Origin: Stegostoma tigrinum | Taxonomy: Eukaryota | Direction of reading: 5' to 3' | DNA: 64,000 bases | NCBI RefSeq assembly: GCF_030684315.1 | Contig: NC_081387.1 | Location: 5,684,497-5,748,496 of the forward strand | Shown: piece by piece, positions 1-12,354 of the stretch | How positions within the stretch are numbered: the first letter of the stretch is position 1 | Layout: each line of letters begins with the position of its first letter | Notes under the pieces: generated by a model | What the model saw: the letters and a program-made list of their open reading frames with translations, nothing else | Database searches by the model: none | What the model was told of the DNA's origin: nothing | Made by a program: the position numbers and the translations under genes

Positions 1-733
1 ACATTTGACAGCTCCATCCCACCCAACATCCAATGACCTAGAAGTAAGAGCAGTTCAAACTTTGGAAGGCTGGTTTGAAGAAACGGTCAGGTAGATAGTG
101 CTAGATACCAAGCTGTCACAGTTCTTATTTGATTATAGAACCACCTCACATGCAACTACCAGCAGAGGTGCTAATGGGGGGAAGACTCCATACCAGGTTA
201 AGTGTGATCTTCCCACTCCTGGGCAGGAGGGTGAAATGGCACCAGAAATGCCAATACTGGACACAAGAGTCCACCAAGTGACATTGTTTAATACATGTGA
301 CAAAATTTGATGTAAAAATCATGGAAAAAGACCTGCATGGGTAAGAGACATGATTGACACAAAGTCAGGACCAGTGATGTATAAAGTTTGGGTGGATCCA
401 ACACTCCTGAACAGGCACATAGACTGTGTGAAAGCTACAAGCTCACCAATGGTGTGAGAGAAAAACATACCCTGTCCCTTGGAACATCAGAAAAGTTGCT
501 GAAAGCCATGTGTTCACTCTCTGTCAGATGTTACTGAGTCCTCAAAATCGGAGCTGGACGTGATGGATTTAGCCCCTGGAAGAAAAGAATGAAATTCTAC
601 CGAGCTGTTTCTAGCACATGAGATGAGTTCCTATATGTTACATGGTGCCTGTACCTGACCCAGTGCTACAACGCCACAGAAACTCTCCAGGATAAGGGAC
701 CTGCCTATGTCTGCGGATTCCAAAGGAGAGGGA
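1..733 (+). mobile_element. Gypsy-type LTR retrotransposon, degraded 3' internal region (integrase C-terminus and polypurine tract)
   Basis: Translation LSQFLFDYRTTSHATT (integrase FL..YR.TPH.TT motif) and KSGPVMYKV (GPY/F-type motif), with stops and frameshifts; purine tract AAAGGAGAGGGA at 722-733 directly precedes TG. Confidence 0.8.
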
Positions 734-955
734 TGTAGTGATTATATCATGGTTAGTGACCCAGATCTCATAGAATATGAGTTTCTTCTCTGGGACTGTT
801 AATCTGGTCAGGGAGCCCTGGCTGACATATAAAAAGGGTGAGTGTCAGAGATACTTTGATACATTGCTCTTAATGGGGCAGTACTAAAGATGAGGACTGT
901 TCGTGTGTAAATCAAGGGTGACTTGATGGATACTGGCCTCTGTGCAGTTATTTCA
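734..955 (+). mobile_element. 3' LTR of the Gypsy element (about 222 bp)
   Basis: Starts TGTAGTG right after the PPT and ends TATTTCA (TG...CA); contains TATAAAAA near 828. Confidence 0.7.
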
Positions 956-2159
956 GGAAGATTGCTGCATGTGTGAGGACTACAACCGCAGGCTGAATTT
1001 TACCCTTCTCTCTCCCTGCCAGATTGTTTGTAGACACTGGGCTCCTGTCTCTCTCAATATATAAACAAGGAGTAGGAGTATGCCATTCAACCCTTTGAGC
1101 TCTTGACTATTCTTTCATTTTGCAGAGGAAGGTGGAAGAGCCAGGCAGCCTACTTGCCATTGAGCTCTTTGAGGACCTCAAAAGACCAATTAATGGTCTA
1201 ATTTATTCATGGCAGGGGCAGTACCAGCCCCAGCTCCCTTTCTTGGGTGTCCCAATGTCTGGCAAGACAGGGAAAACCTCCTTTTGTGATCCCTTGTATC
1301 TACTGGAGGCATTTCCCACAACGTCATACAGCTCCCCACCTTTAGTCAACCATCCCCTTCCTGATAACTAGTCTTTCAAACCTGATCTCCCACCCCACTT
1401 AGCTGAGGTCTGCCAACAAGGGCCCACCAATAACCCAGATTATCCCGAATTCTAGACTACCTTCTTTGGTAGCTACCTGTCATCTCAGCAGTCACAACCT
1501 GAACCTGGTACTGAGACCACAGAGCTGTCCATCAGATGGTAACAAAAGACTCACTTGATCTAATTAATGTAAAACAGATGCAGGACATCTAAGTTTTGGT
1601 GGATAGGTATCCAACCAATGTTTACATTTTAATCATGGGCCACAATATGGTGCCATATTAAATTCAGCAAGTTAAATCTTTCTTGAAGACTGACACATCA
1701 TGGAATTTTCCAAAACACTGTTGGCCAGATCCTCACTCATCCAAGCAGCTGCTCTCAGTCTGGCAGCACCTCACTTTTTAAAAGTTTCATCTTCATTCTC
1801 AAATCTATCTGTGATTTTGTTCTTCCCTACCTATGTAAGCAGCACCAGCACTACAACCCTCCAAGATCTCTGTAACTTTCCAATTTTCTACTGAGCATTT
1901 CCCATTTTAGTTGTTTAAACATTGTTCAAAGATACGCCTGAGATACTAAACAGAACATGTAATATCAAGTGCTTTGGAACTTGCCAATATTGCTTTGAGT
2001 TATTCTTCAGCTTTTGGAGCTCAGGTTACAGATATTCACAAAAAGAAACAAGAACAGCCAGTCACTTTGAATTTCAATGTACACTCAGTGTTGGTGCTGT
2101 GTTTTTAACCTCACATCACATAAGGCAATATTTCCAGAAGAGCGGACTACGTACTTGAT

Positions 2160-2520
2160 GTATTTTAAATGACTAAATGAGTTGATAGAGTTGTTCGAGA
2201 GAAATGAATCCTCTGGTGGTGGAGTCCAGAACAAGGGGTAGAGCACTAAAATTACAGTGTGGCCGTTGAAGGATCATTCAATAAACACTTCTTCACAAAA
2301 AAGAAATCTCGACCTCCCACCCCTAAAAAACCTATGCAATGGCCAATTGAAAATTTCAAAATTGAGATTGCTAGAGTAATTGTTAGACAAGGGGGTTACA
2401 TAGTCAAGACGGGTCAATAATAGTCAAGACGGGTCAATAATGCTAAGACACAGATGAGCCATGATCTAACTTAATGATGTGACATGCTCACAGGACTACT
2501 TCAGTTCCTACAATCCTTTA
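2160..2520 (+). mobile_element. CR1-type LINE 3' fragment
   Basis: Degenerate CR1 3' region (GAGTCCAGAACAAGGGG...CACTTCTTCACA...GAGATTG); contains a 20-bp tandem duplication at 2401-2440. Confidence 0.55.
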
Positions 2521-2559
2521 ATTTTTCTCAATTGCACTCTCCACACTAAGCTCCAACAA

Positions 2560-3240
2560 CAGTTAGTTGGTACTACTCTCTTCAACCTCCAACTGAGTTT
2601 CTGACCCCATATCCTTTCCATCACAAATATCACTGACTACTCTCCGTAATATTCCAACTCTCCCTACAATAGTCCACTTTCTGTTGAAATATTCATCCAT
2701 GTTTTTGTTGCTTCTAGACTAGACTGAATGATGCCAATGCACTCCTGTCTATCTTTCCAGGATCCACCCTCCATAAATATCATCTTCGCTAAAACTGTCC
2801 TTTCAATCATCTATCAATGCTGTGCTCACTCACCTACACTAGTTCTCAATTGCTCAGTGCCTCCAATTTAAAATTCTCATTATCAAGACAAATTACTCTT
2901 TGGTCTTTCACTCTCCTTCTCCCTGTCACTTTCAGTCCCACCTCCCTTCGATATCTGCATGGGATTTCCTCCAAACTGGTCTTTTGTATATACCCAGTCA
3001 ACTCCCTTTGTTCAGCTATTGATAACCATGCCTTGCAGGTTCCATGTTTTACAATTCCCTCTTTAAATCTCAGTATATTTACATTTATTATCTCCTTTAG
3101 GACCTTCCTTAAGTCCCACCTCTGATATAGTTTCGATCATTTCCTCCTAACATCTCCTTCTCTGTCAGTTTTAATTTTTGTCAGGTTACATCTCTAGGAA
3201 ACACTTTGGGATGTTTTAATACTTTAAGGCACTCTAATAA
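2560..3240 (+). mobile_element. Old L2-type LINE 3' fragment
   Basis: TTCATCCATG...TCTAGACTAGACT...AATGCACTCCT and TTTAAAATTCTCAT motifs; similar fragments at about 9300-9700, 10270-10550, 30380-30900, 46320-46480 and 47690-47910. Confidence 0.5.
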
Positions 3241-3419
3241 ATTGAATTATTGTCCTTTCACATTCCCTTCAGTCCTCAAGGTATGAGTGGAAGTCAAACT
3301 GCTGACATTGACCAGCCTCTAGTGCTCTTTTCAAATTGGCCATTCAGCATGTGGAGAGATGGACAGTGAATGTTGTAAGACAAAGGAGACTGTCACAGCC
3401 GACACCTCTTGCCCTCAAT

Positions 3420-3625
3420 AAAGACCGAAAGAACTGCGGATGCTGTGAATCAGGAACAAAAACAAAGTTGCTGGAAAAGCCCAGCGAGTCTGGCAGCATA
3501 TGTGAAGAAAAAAACAGGGTTAATGTTTTGGGTCTGGTGACCCTTCCTCAGAACTGATGGTGGTTGGGAAAACGTCAGTTTATATGTATATATTTGTCCT
3601 ACTTATAAACTGATGTTTTCCCTGC
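3420..3625 (-). mobile_element. Penelope-like element terminal fragment with decayed hammerhead motif
   Basis: Matches the PLE end at 49501-49660; minus strand CTGAGGAAGGGTCACCAGACCCAAAAC (GAAA changed to AAAA). Confidence 0.7.
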
Positions 3626-4079
3626 CCTCACCCTGACTTTCCAGATGGACTTGCTGGTGAGGAATGGGATTCTGGGCTGATTCTCACCCTGCACAAACCA
3701 GAGACACTGAGGCTAACTGAAGTACCTCCATTGCTACCTGAAGAATGGCTTCTCTGCCAGGTGCTTGTGCTAGTAGATCAGAATCTGAAGTCTTCCTAAC
3801 CACAGAGTAATTGATTGTCTTTTTGGTCAGAATGAGAGTCGGTGAGTGACTTGTACCTGACGCTGCACTAAAAGGATGCTGAGTTTACACAGAAGCTTAA
3901 ATATGTATAATGATCAGATTAAAGATTAAATTGACCTTGAAATTATTGGACTGATGGTGGGAGAGATAGTGATTTGGAACAATACTCTTGTGTGAAGACA
4001 ACACAGATAACTCTCAGCGTAGCAGCCGCTGTCAACCTGGCTCCATGTTCATCTGGAAAAATCAGTCTGTGGTGAGATG

Positions 4080-4520
4080 GAAAGAGTGAGCAATCAACAG
4101 AATGTTAGGTTTTGTCTCCTGTTTAGGTTCACTGATGTTCCAGATCTGAAAACTGAGTGAAGGCTTTATCATGGAACTTAAACCAATAGTGTTTCCTGTG
4201 TGAATATGTTGATGCACTGCAAAAACCTGTTCGTTTTAGGCATTATAACACTAGTTCTGAGTCTTTATTCACTTAATTTATCCTTTTAAGACTTTGATGA
4301 TGCAGATAATGAGATAATCTACCATTTCATAAATTCAGGAAATATTTATTCAGTACAAAGGTTAATAGTTTAAGTTAGACTGTGACTTTTGTGGCTTAGC
4401 ACAGGCCTTGCTACTTGATTAAGCCTTGGGAGTCAGTTGAAATGTTTCTCCCTCATGTCATTACACCACCTGTTCAAAGCTGTGTACAATTTCCAGTCTG
4501 TATGAGTTCTCAAATTCAAT
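4080..4520 (-). pseudogene. Decayed C2H2 zinc-finger relics downstream of ZNF-A
   Basis: Minus-strand translations VHQHIHTG (about 4195-4220), DKAFTQFSDLEHQ*T*TGDK (about 4110-4170) and RTHTDWK (about 4490-4510). Confidence 0.55.
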
Positions 4521-4888
4521 CTCTGCATCTTTACAACAGAAAGCCACTGGCTTTTAATGCATTGCCTGACGATTATTAAGACTGGTGTTTAAACAATGTG
4601 TGACCAGTCTCTGATCGGGTCAGGCAGTGTTTGATCAGTCTCTGATACATTTATGAAGCAAAGAGCCACTACTGATGTCACTGCCTGTTTAGTGCCGACT
4701 ATTTCCCTCCGATGCCAGTCACAAGTTGTTCCTCTCATTACAATGTATTTATTCTTTAATTCAATCTTTCTACCCAAAAAATGAGACATCTTATGATCGT
4801 CTCCTTGAACATTTTTTGTGATAAGGGGGAGCTGGTGCTTTCTGGTGCTAATCATAGACTCTATGCTCATTGTCAGAATTTTTCAATG

Positions 4889-5172
4889 ATTAGATTAGAT
4901 TCCCTACAGTGTGGGTGCATCCCACCCAGACCCAACCCCACCCCCCTATAACCCACATGCCCCTGAATACAACGGGCAATTTAGCATGGCCGATCCACCT
5001 AGCCTGCACATCTTTGGACTGTGGGAGGAAACCGGAGCACCCAGAGGAAACCCACACAGACACGGGGAGAATGTGCAAACACCCCACAGACAGTTAGCCG
5101 AGGCTGGAATCGAACTTGGGTCCCTGGCGCTGTAAGACTGCAGTGCTAAGCACTGAGCCACCGTGCCGCCCC
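4889..5172 (-). mobile_element. HE1-type V-SINE (tRNA-derived), full length
   Basis: tRNA-like head with A box TGGCTCAGTG and B box GTTCGATTCC; V-domain GGGTGCTCCGGTTTCCTCCCACAGTCCAAAGATGTGCAGG; (TCTAA)n tail. Confidence 0.9.
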
Positions 5173-6355
5173 TCATGTTTAATTGAATGTTTAATTGATG
5201 CAAAAGTCTTAATCCTGCAGATCCTTTACAATTCTCATTGAGATAAGCCTTTAATAGAGTTCTGGCCTAAAGTACTGTTTCACTGACGTAGGGTTCAACA
5301 GCAACTGATACTACTTGTCACGGTTTAATGAAATTTAACAAAAGTTACAACAACACACACAGCTTTAAGACTCATAGAAAAGCCACCAACTTATTTCATA
5401 CATAAAAGTTATACATAGCATGCAGAAGTCAGTGCAGAGTTACAGTGTGTAAGGATGTCAGAAGATTCACTGACAAAAACTGCCACATGTTTATAAGTAA
5501 CTAGAGCAAAAATTGCACAATGCTAATTACTTAAATACTTCATTTGTAAGCTTCCAGAACCACAGCTATTATATAATTTGAAGGAAAGTAAGTGTTTTTC
5601 TTTTAGGCATTACAAGTTAATGCTACATTAAAAGACTGATGTAATTCAGGATGCAGAACTGAAAACTTCGAAATTCACAGCTGCTTTCTCACACAAAGGG
5701 ACATTTTCAACATCCCTCTGCATCTTGAGTATGACTGATAAATGGACATTGCTGAGAGGTTTATGGCTGCACTCTGTGGTCCATTCAACGTTGATTGAGT
5801 TCACAGCAACGGCTATACCAATAAATTAAAATGCATAAGTCATAGCACGTAGGTTTGTGTCATGTAGGAGATTTCACTTGTCAGGTTGCAGTTGCATCTT
5901 CACAGACAACAGGTGCAGTCATCGTAGAAACAGTGACGCTGATTACAATCAAAACATATAGAACATTAGGTTGACTCAAATACATTGATTACTTAATCAT
6001 TACATGTATTGAGACTGCAGATTAATTATTGAACATGATTTTTCTTACAAAACTTTCCTGTGGCAAGGTCTAGTAAGACTTGAATGATTTTTCATTGGTG
6101 CGGATTAACTGGTGCTTTGTCAGATTGAAGAAGTGGGTGAATACTGTTTCACAAACATTGCACATCAGGAGGGTTAAAAACAAATGTCTTATTGCAAACC
6201 TCATACTTACAGACTTACTCACATGTGGATTCTGTGATGGAGCATGAGATATGATGTTTTTATAAAGTTTTGTGGTATGGCTTAGAAATGAACAGTTTCC
6301 ACTTGTGTGAATATGTTACTGTGCACAAAGATACCAATGGCTCAGAGGACACAAC

Positions 6356-7387
6356 TCACATTGGAATACTTTCTCCTGTGTGATTGCGCTGATGACTGAC
6401 TAGTGCCAATGATTGTGTAAAACCCTCATTACACACCTCACAGACAAATAACTTTGCTCCAGTGTGAACACGTCGGTGATTCACAAGTGTTGATGACCGT
6501 GCAAAGGCTTGGTTGCACAGCTCACACCTGAATGGCTTCTCCCCAGTGTGAATGCGTCGGTGATTCACAAGTGTTGCTGACCGTGTGAAAGCTTGGTCAC
6601 ACAGATCACACTTGAAGGGTTTCTGTCCAGTGTGAATCCTTTGATGCATCAGGAGTTCAGAGGATTGGGTGAAAGCCATCTCACAAACCTCACATGTGAA
6701 TGGTTTCTCCCCAGTGTGCATGCGTCGGTGTCTCACAAGTGTTGCTGAACGTGTGAAAGCCTTGTCACACATCTCACACTTGAAGGGTTTCTCCCCTGTG
6801 TGGACCCTCTGGTGCCTCAGGAGATCAGAGGATTGCGTGAAAGCCATGTCACAATCCTCACACTTGAAGGGTTTCTCTGCTGTGTGGTTCCTTTGGTGCA
6901 TCAGGAATGATGTTGAGCTGGTGAATGCTTTGTCGCATATCTCACACTTAAATGGCCTCTCCCCTGTGTGAATGCGCTGGTGTTTTCGGAAGGAAGATGA
7001 GTGTGAGAATGATTTGTTGCAGACTTCACACGTGAATGGCTTCTCCCCTGTGTGAATGCGTCTGTGATACAAAAGGGTTGATGCCTGTGCAAAACCCTCG
7101 CTGCACACCTCACACTTGAATGGCTTCTCCCCAGTGTGAATGCGTCGATGATTCACAAGTGTTGATGATAGTGTGAAGGCCTGGTCGCACACCTCACACT
7201 TGAATGGTTTTTCTCCTGTGTGGATCCTTTGATGTTTCAGAAGATCGCAGGATCGGGGAAATGCTTTCTGACAGACCTCACAAATGAACAACTTCTCCCC
7301 AGTGTGAGTGCTTTGATGATCTATCAGTGTTGATGACTGTGTGAAGTCTTGGTCACATACCTCCTGCTTGAATTGTTTCTCTTCCAT
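6356..7387 (-). CDS. ZNF-A: tandem C2H2 zinc-finger protein (11 intact fingers plus 1 lacking the first Cys; no KRAB, SCAN or BTB seen)
   Basis: 343-aa stop-free ORF of CxxC-x12-HxxxH units with TGEKPF-type linkers; lies in an exon starting at acceptor TTTATTTTTCTGTCTTGCAG|AAG (first exon base 7720). Confidence 0.88.
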   Translation of the reverse strand: MEEKQFKQEVCDQDFTQSSTLIDHQSTHTGEKLFICEVCQKAFPRSCDLLKHQRIHTGEKPFKCEVCDQAFTLSSTLVNHRRIHTGEKPFKCEVCSEGFAQASTLLYHRRIHTGEKPFTCEVCNKSFSHSSSFRKHQRIHTGERPFKCEICDKAFTSSTSFLMHQRNHTAEKPFKCEDCDMAFTQSSDLLRHQRVHTGEKPFKCEMCDKAFTRSATLVRHRRMHTGEKPFTCEVCEMAFTQSSELLMHQRIHTGQKPFKCDLCDQAFTRSATLVNHRRIHTGEKPFRCELCNQAFARSSTLVNHRRVHTGAKLFVCEVCNEGFTQSLALVSHQRNHTGESIPM

Positions 7388-7837
7388 CTGGCTGTCCTTG
7401 TGTTAGTCTGGGATCTAATGAACTTGACACTTGAATTGCCTCTCAACTGACTCTTTCATGAGTCAGTAGTTCATACATTTTGATGAATGACTGAAGCTCT
7501 CACCACACTAGGAACCACTACACTTCTTCCCAGTATCACCCTGATCGATCACCCACAGCTGACCGATTTCCAGATGATGGTTTCACTGCCCAACCTTCTC
7601 TGTGTTCGCCAATGCTGTGAAGGGACTTCCCACTGTTGTACAGTTGTTCATGGGTGAGTGAGGATCTATCTGTGGTGTCTGTCCTTTCTGCATTCTCTTG
7701 TATAGTATGGTGCAATCCTTCTGCAAGACAGAAAAATAAAACATGATTTCTTCCAATGTTCTCTTCTATACTTGCTCCTCAGTTAGAGAGTGTTCCACAT
7801 TAAGTGCTAGTCTGATATTCCCCTGTGTGGAGGAAAT

Positions 7838-7889
7838 CAGATACAATGCCGTTCTTCTTTCTCACTTGACTGTCAGACATCTAACGCCA
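7838..7889. repeat. 52-bp sequence with a perfect inverted copy at 8655-8706
   Basis: CAGATACAATGCC...ACATCTAACGCCA is the exact reverse complement of 8655-8706. Confidence 0.95.
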
Positions 7890-8349
7890 GATTTTTATCC
7901 TATAATACACGCCAATAAAATTTACAATCAGCGTTTTTCACCATCTCAGTATTGTTACAGCAAATAATATTTTTAACTATAAAGCTGTGAAAAAAGTCTT
8001 TTTTAAAGATCTGGATCTACATCTTTGTTGAAGGCAAATCAGTGCTTTCTTGGTCCATGTCCTGTGCTTAAATCTGTTAATTTGTTCCTGAGATATATAA
8101 CTTACGAAGGGACCAACAAACAATAGCAAAATCTGTACTTCAATCCAGCTTCAACAGTGGAGGTAACTGGCAGAAAAAGGAAGAATCTGGCACTAAACCT
8201 TGCTAGTAATTATACAATTTTACCCTCGAAATGATATACAATATGGTCCTCAGGGAGCACGGGAATGTCCACTTGCACTGGGTGAGGCTCAACCTGGAAT
8301 CTTAAATTGAAACTGTGCCTATCACCATCAAAATTGCTACATGTGCAAA

Positions 8350-9275
8350 TGCCACATGACACAAAAATTGGTGGTCCAGTGGATAGTGAAAAAGGTTATC
8401 TAAGAGTACAATGGGATCTTGATCAGCTTGGCCAGTGGCCAAAGGATAGGCAGACCAAGCTTAATTTAGATAAATGCGAGGAGCTGTATTTTGGTAAGAC
8501 AAACCAAGACACAACTTACACAGTTAATGGGGAGTGTTGTGGATCAAGAGCTGGTACATAGTTCCTTGAGACTGGTGTCACAGGTAGACAAGGTAGTGAA
8601 GAAGATGTTTGGCACTGTTTGCCTTCATTAGTCAGAAGATTGAGTGCAGAAGATTGGCGTTAGATGTCTGACAGTCAAGTGAGAAAGAAGAACGGCATTG
8701 TATCTGTAACTTGGGATGTTGTATTACAGCTGTACAAAACATTGGTAAGGCCAGATTTGGGGTACTGCATACAGTTCTGTTCACCATGATATAGGAAAGA
8801 TGTTATTAAACTTGAAAGAGTGCAAGGAAGATTTACAAGCATGTTAATGAGACTGAAGGGTTTGAGTTATAAGGAGAGGCTGGATATGCTGGGACTTTTT
8901 TTCTCCTGGAACGCAGGAGGCTGAGGGGTAGCCATTTATAAAATCATGACAGGCACAGATAAGGTGAATAGCCAAGGCATTTCCCCAGGTTAGGGGAGTC
9001 CAAAATTAGAGGGCATTGCTTGAAGGTTAAAGGAAAAAGATTTAAAAGGGACCTGAGGAGCAACTGTTTCACTCAGAGGGTGGTGTGTATATGGAAGTCG
9101 TAGAGGTGAGTACAATTACAGCATTTATAAGACCTTTGGACAAGGACTGTAAAGGTTTAGAGAATTAACAGGCCAAATGCAGGCAAGTGGGACTTGTTCA
9201 GTTTAGGAAATCTGGACAGCATGGACAAGTTGGGCTGAAAGGTCTGTTTCCATGCTGTATGTCTCTATGACTCTA
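8350..9275 (+). mobile_element. CR1 LINE 3' fragment, interrupted by the 52-bp inverted insertion
   Basis: DDTKIGG..DS..GY.R.Q.DLDQLG RT C-terminal motif; CR1 tail CTCTATGACTCTAT. Confidence 0.85.
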
Positions 9276-9922
9276 TCACAGCCTCATCTTTCAGAGAGTA
9301 TGATACTATCCAAAGTTTTTCTAAATCTGCTGCCTATTTCCTGACTCACACCCAGTATGATTCACTCATAACGGTCATGCTTGCTGATTTATACTACTCT
9401 TGGTCAAGCAATGCCTTGCTTTTAAAATTCACATTCTTGTTTTCAAATCCCTTTCATGGCTTCACTCTGCATAACTTTGTAATTTCCTCTAACTCTAGAA
9501 CATCTTGAGATCTCTATACTCTTTAATTTTGGCTTCTTAAACATTTCCCAATTTAAATCATTTCATTATTGTTGGTTGTATCTTCAACTGCCATGGCCTT
9601 AATCGCTGGAATTCCTTCCCAACACCTTCCATCTCACCTTTGTCCAAGACCCTCCAAGCTCATTTCCCAATTTCTTTTTGCTAATCTGTGAAAATATTAT
9701 TCTTATGTGAGCCAATGTCAGTGTTTGGTTGATGACAGGCTCCTGGTTGATTACAAAAAGATTAATGGAGCTTTATGGAGCTCACTGTCACATTATCTTG
9801 AAGTCTAGATTGAGAGATCAATCAGATCCCAGAAGCATTTGTGCTGAAGTTAGGTTTTTGACTAAGAGCTTTCTGCTTGATTAAAACCATTTGTTGTGTC
9901 ATCAACATCAATCTTGAACTCG

Positions 9923-10072
9923 AGACAGTAGGAACTGCAGATGCTGGAGAATCTGAAGTTTCCGAAATTTCTGATTTCTGAAGAAGGGTCTAGGCCTGAA
10001 ATGTCAGTTTTCCTGCTCCTCTGATGCTGCTTGACCTGCTGTCTTCACCCAGCTCTACACCTTTTTATCTCT
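9923..10072 (+). mobile_element. PLE-derived mini-element with hammerhead motif
   Basis: GGAACTGCAGATGCTGGAGAATC joined to an inverted PLE end containing CTGAAGAAGGGTCTAGGCCTGAAATGTC (9978-10005). Confidence 0.75.
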
Positions 10073-10554
10073 TAATCTCGGACTCATTATTTTTCCACAC
10101 TGATCTGTTAAACAATACATGTAAAGATCAAATCTCCACAATCGAGGACTTGCAAAAATTGCTTTGAATCTTCATTTAATTAATGTTGATTTGATGGGAA
10201 CTCAGTTTATAGATATTCATATATCGAAACAAGTACTTCAGACCTCAATGTCCCCCATATTCCACCAGGAACAACTTGGATTTCTATAGCACCTTTATCA
10301 TTGTAAAATATCCCTAAATGCTTCAAATTATATTGTCAGACTATGTTTGACAGCAAGCAACATAAGGCGATTATGAGGACAGATTGCCAAAAGCTTGATC
10401 TGGGAGGAACATTTGAAGAAATGTCTTAAAGAAGTGCAGAGAGGTATGGAGGTTTAGTGAGGGTATTTCAGATCTTAGGGCTTAGGGGGCTGAAGGCTCT
10501 GTCATCAATGGTGAATAAAATCGCAGGGGAGCAGAGATCTTAAAGGGTTGTAGA

Positions 10555-10960
10555 ACACCTTTGCTCAACAGGTAATACTTTCATCTCTGAGTCAGCAAGT
10601 TATGTCATCAAGGTCCTCTCCAGGATGTGAGTAAAGAAAGTGACAATACAGTGCATCATCAAGGAAGTACTGAACTGTCCCAGGTCCCATTTTTCAGATG
10701 AAATGTTAAACCAAGGCCCTTTCTGCTCTAAGAAACGTGAGAGTATTGTCACAATTTTGAAGAAGAATCAGGAAATTAATCATGGTCTGCAGGCTGACAT
10801 TAATCTTTTGATCAACATCCCCAAAAAGCAGTGGTTTGTGGGAGCTTGCTGTGCACATAGTGGCTGCCGCATTTGATACATTACAACAGGGACCGCATGC
10901 CAAAAGTACTTGTGACACAGGACCCTGAAGAACTGCCTCATGCAGAAAGCTAAACAGAGT
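10555..10960 (+). mobile_element. Deu-domain SINE (SacSINE1-like)
   Basis: Degenerate tRNA head, TTTCAGATGAAATGTTAAACCAAGGCCC, and Deu core GGGAGCTTGCTGTGCACATAGTGGCTGCCGC. Confidence 0.7.
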
Positions 10961-12061
10961 ACTGGGAAGTGGATTGGTCCATAAACCACAATCCCTTTTA
11001 CTCACTTGCTGTCACATGTTATGTTTAAAAGTTTAGTCTGAATGTGTCAGGAAGCTTTGTGCAGTCAAGAAGGAGAGATCACATCCAGAGTGATTACACA
11101 GTTTGGGGAATGAGGTGCTTTTTGTTAACCATTTTTGGCTTACACTGGGGGTGGGGGTTGGTGGTGGTGTGTGGTGTTATAACATATTCAGGCATTGCGA
11201 TTTGGCTATAATGTGATTGATGAACAGGGGAATGCTGTTTGTAAAGCATTGTGTTGGCTGTAATGCAATTCCATCAACCATGTATCGACATCACAGGCTT
11301 TGTCAAAGGAAAATTTCTTTCTTTTGATCATTGCAGACGGTGTAAATGTTCACACTAAGTCATAATGAGTTCATGTGAAAAATGTGATTGGATTGTATGC
11401 CATAAACCTCAAATATATCATCGAGAGAACAACTGCCTTATTAGAAAAATATGTGGAGTCTTACATTAAAGAGTTATGCTGAACACACTAACTGCATCAG
11501 CATTATTTAAATGCTAAATTAACAGTATAAGTAAAAAATGAAATATAGTTTAAAATAATGAGTGCTGTTGAAGTATGCACCTTTGTGTGTAGTATTTTTG
11601 CCTAGATTTTGTTACATTTGTAAGAACTATTGAACTTGTTTGTGTAAATCATTTATATCAAATGTTGTCTGTTACGAAATGTTCTTTTCCAGCACGATTT
11701 TGAATACAATGTTACTCAGGTTTAAATGCATTTTAATCCTGCAATTAACTTCAATGCCAATGGGCTACATAGGAAAGGAAGGTCAGATTCCTTTGCTTCA
11801 CCTATTTGAAAATCTATCCAGAAGTCTGTGCCGAAGGAATGTCAGGTCAGATCTGCATTTAAATCGATGGCAATTTTTAGTAAAATTCCCATGTGTCAAT
11901 TTTGGGGAAGTTTCATGGAGGGTTGCTGGCTGTGAGCTCTATCTTGCACAATTTTGCATTGTTCATCTCTTTTGAATCATGCTCGCACTGTCATGCATTC
12001 GCCAGAGGCAGTACTGACCACTGCTGGCATTTCCAGTGACAGAACTCTATCTAAAGCCCAG

Positions 12062-12192
12062 AGATGATGGGAACTGCAGATGCTGGAGAATCCAAGATAA
12101 CAAAGTGTGAGGCTGGATGAACACAGCAGGCCAAGCAGCATCTTAGGAGCACAAAAGCTGATGTTTCGGGCCTAGACCCTTCATCAGAGAGG
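12062..12192 (-). mobile_element. 131-bp PLE terminal insertion with hammerhead motif and 8-bp TSD
   Basis: AAGCCCAG duplicated at 12054-12061 and 12193-12200; minus strand CTGATGA-A-GGGTCTAGGCCC-GAAA-CATC (12187-12160). Confidence 0.85.
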
Positions 12193-12354
12193 AAGCCCAG
12201 CTGTCACTTCATTGCAAATACTATGTCAGATTCATGAATGTATTGCCTCTTTGCAGCATCACTTCTCTGATAAACTGTAATTATAACTGTAGTTATAAGA
12301 ATGAAGCTACACAGGTGAGGAAGAATTTTGGAAAATATAATTGTTGTGTCAAAG

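Noticed and set aside
2401-2440. 20-bp tandem duplication (similar small ones at about 34901-34927 and 52891-52925)
   Set aside because: Ordinary slippage or repair duplications inside dead repeats.
5100-5172. tRNA gene
   Set aside because: The A/B boxes are the head of an HE1 SINE, continuous with its V-domain and tail.
6669-7113. Antisense and alternative-frame ORFs over ZNF-A
   Set aside because: Expected by-products of the repetitive finger array.
11100-12050. Extra exon (for example KRAB-like) in the ZNF-A intron
   Set aside because: No recognisable domain translation or paired minus-strand splice sites were found by eye.
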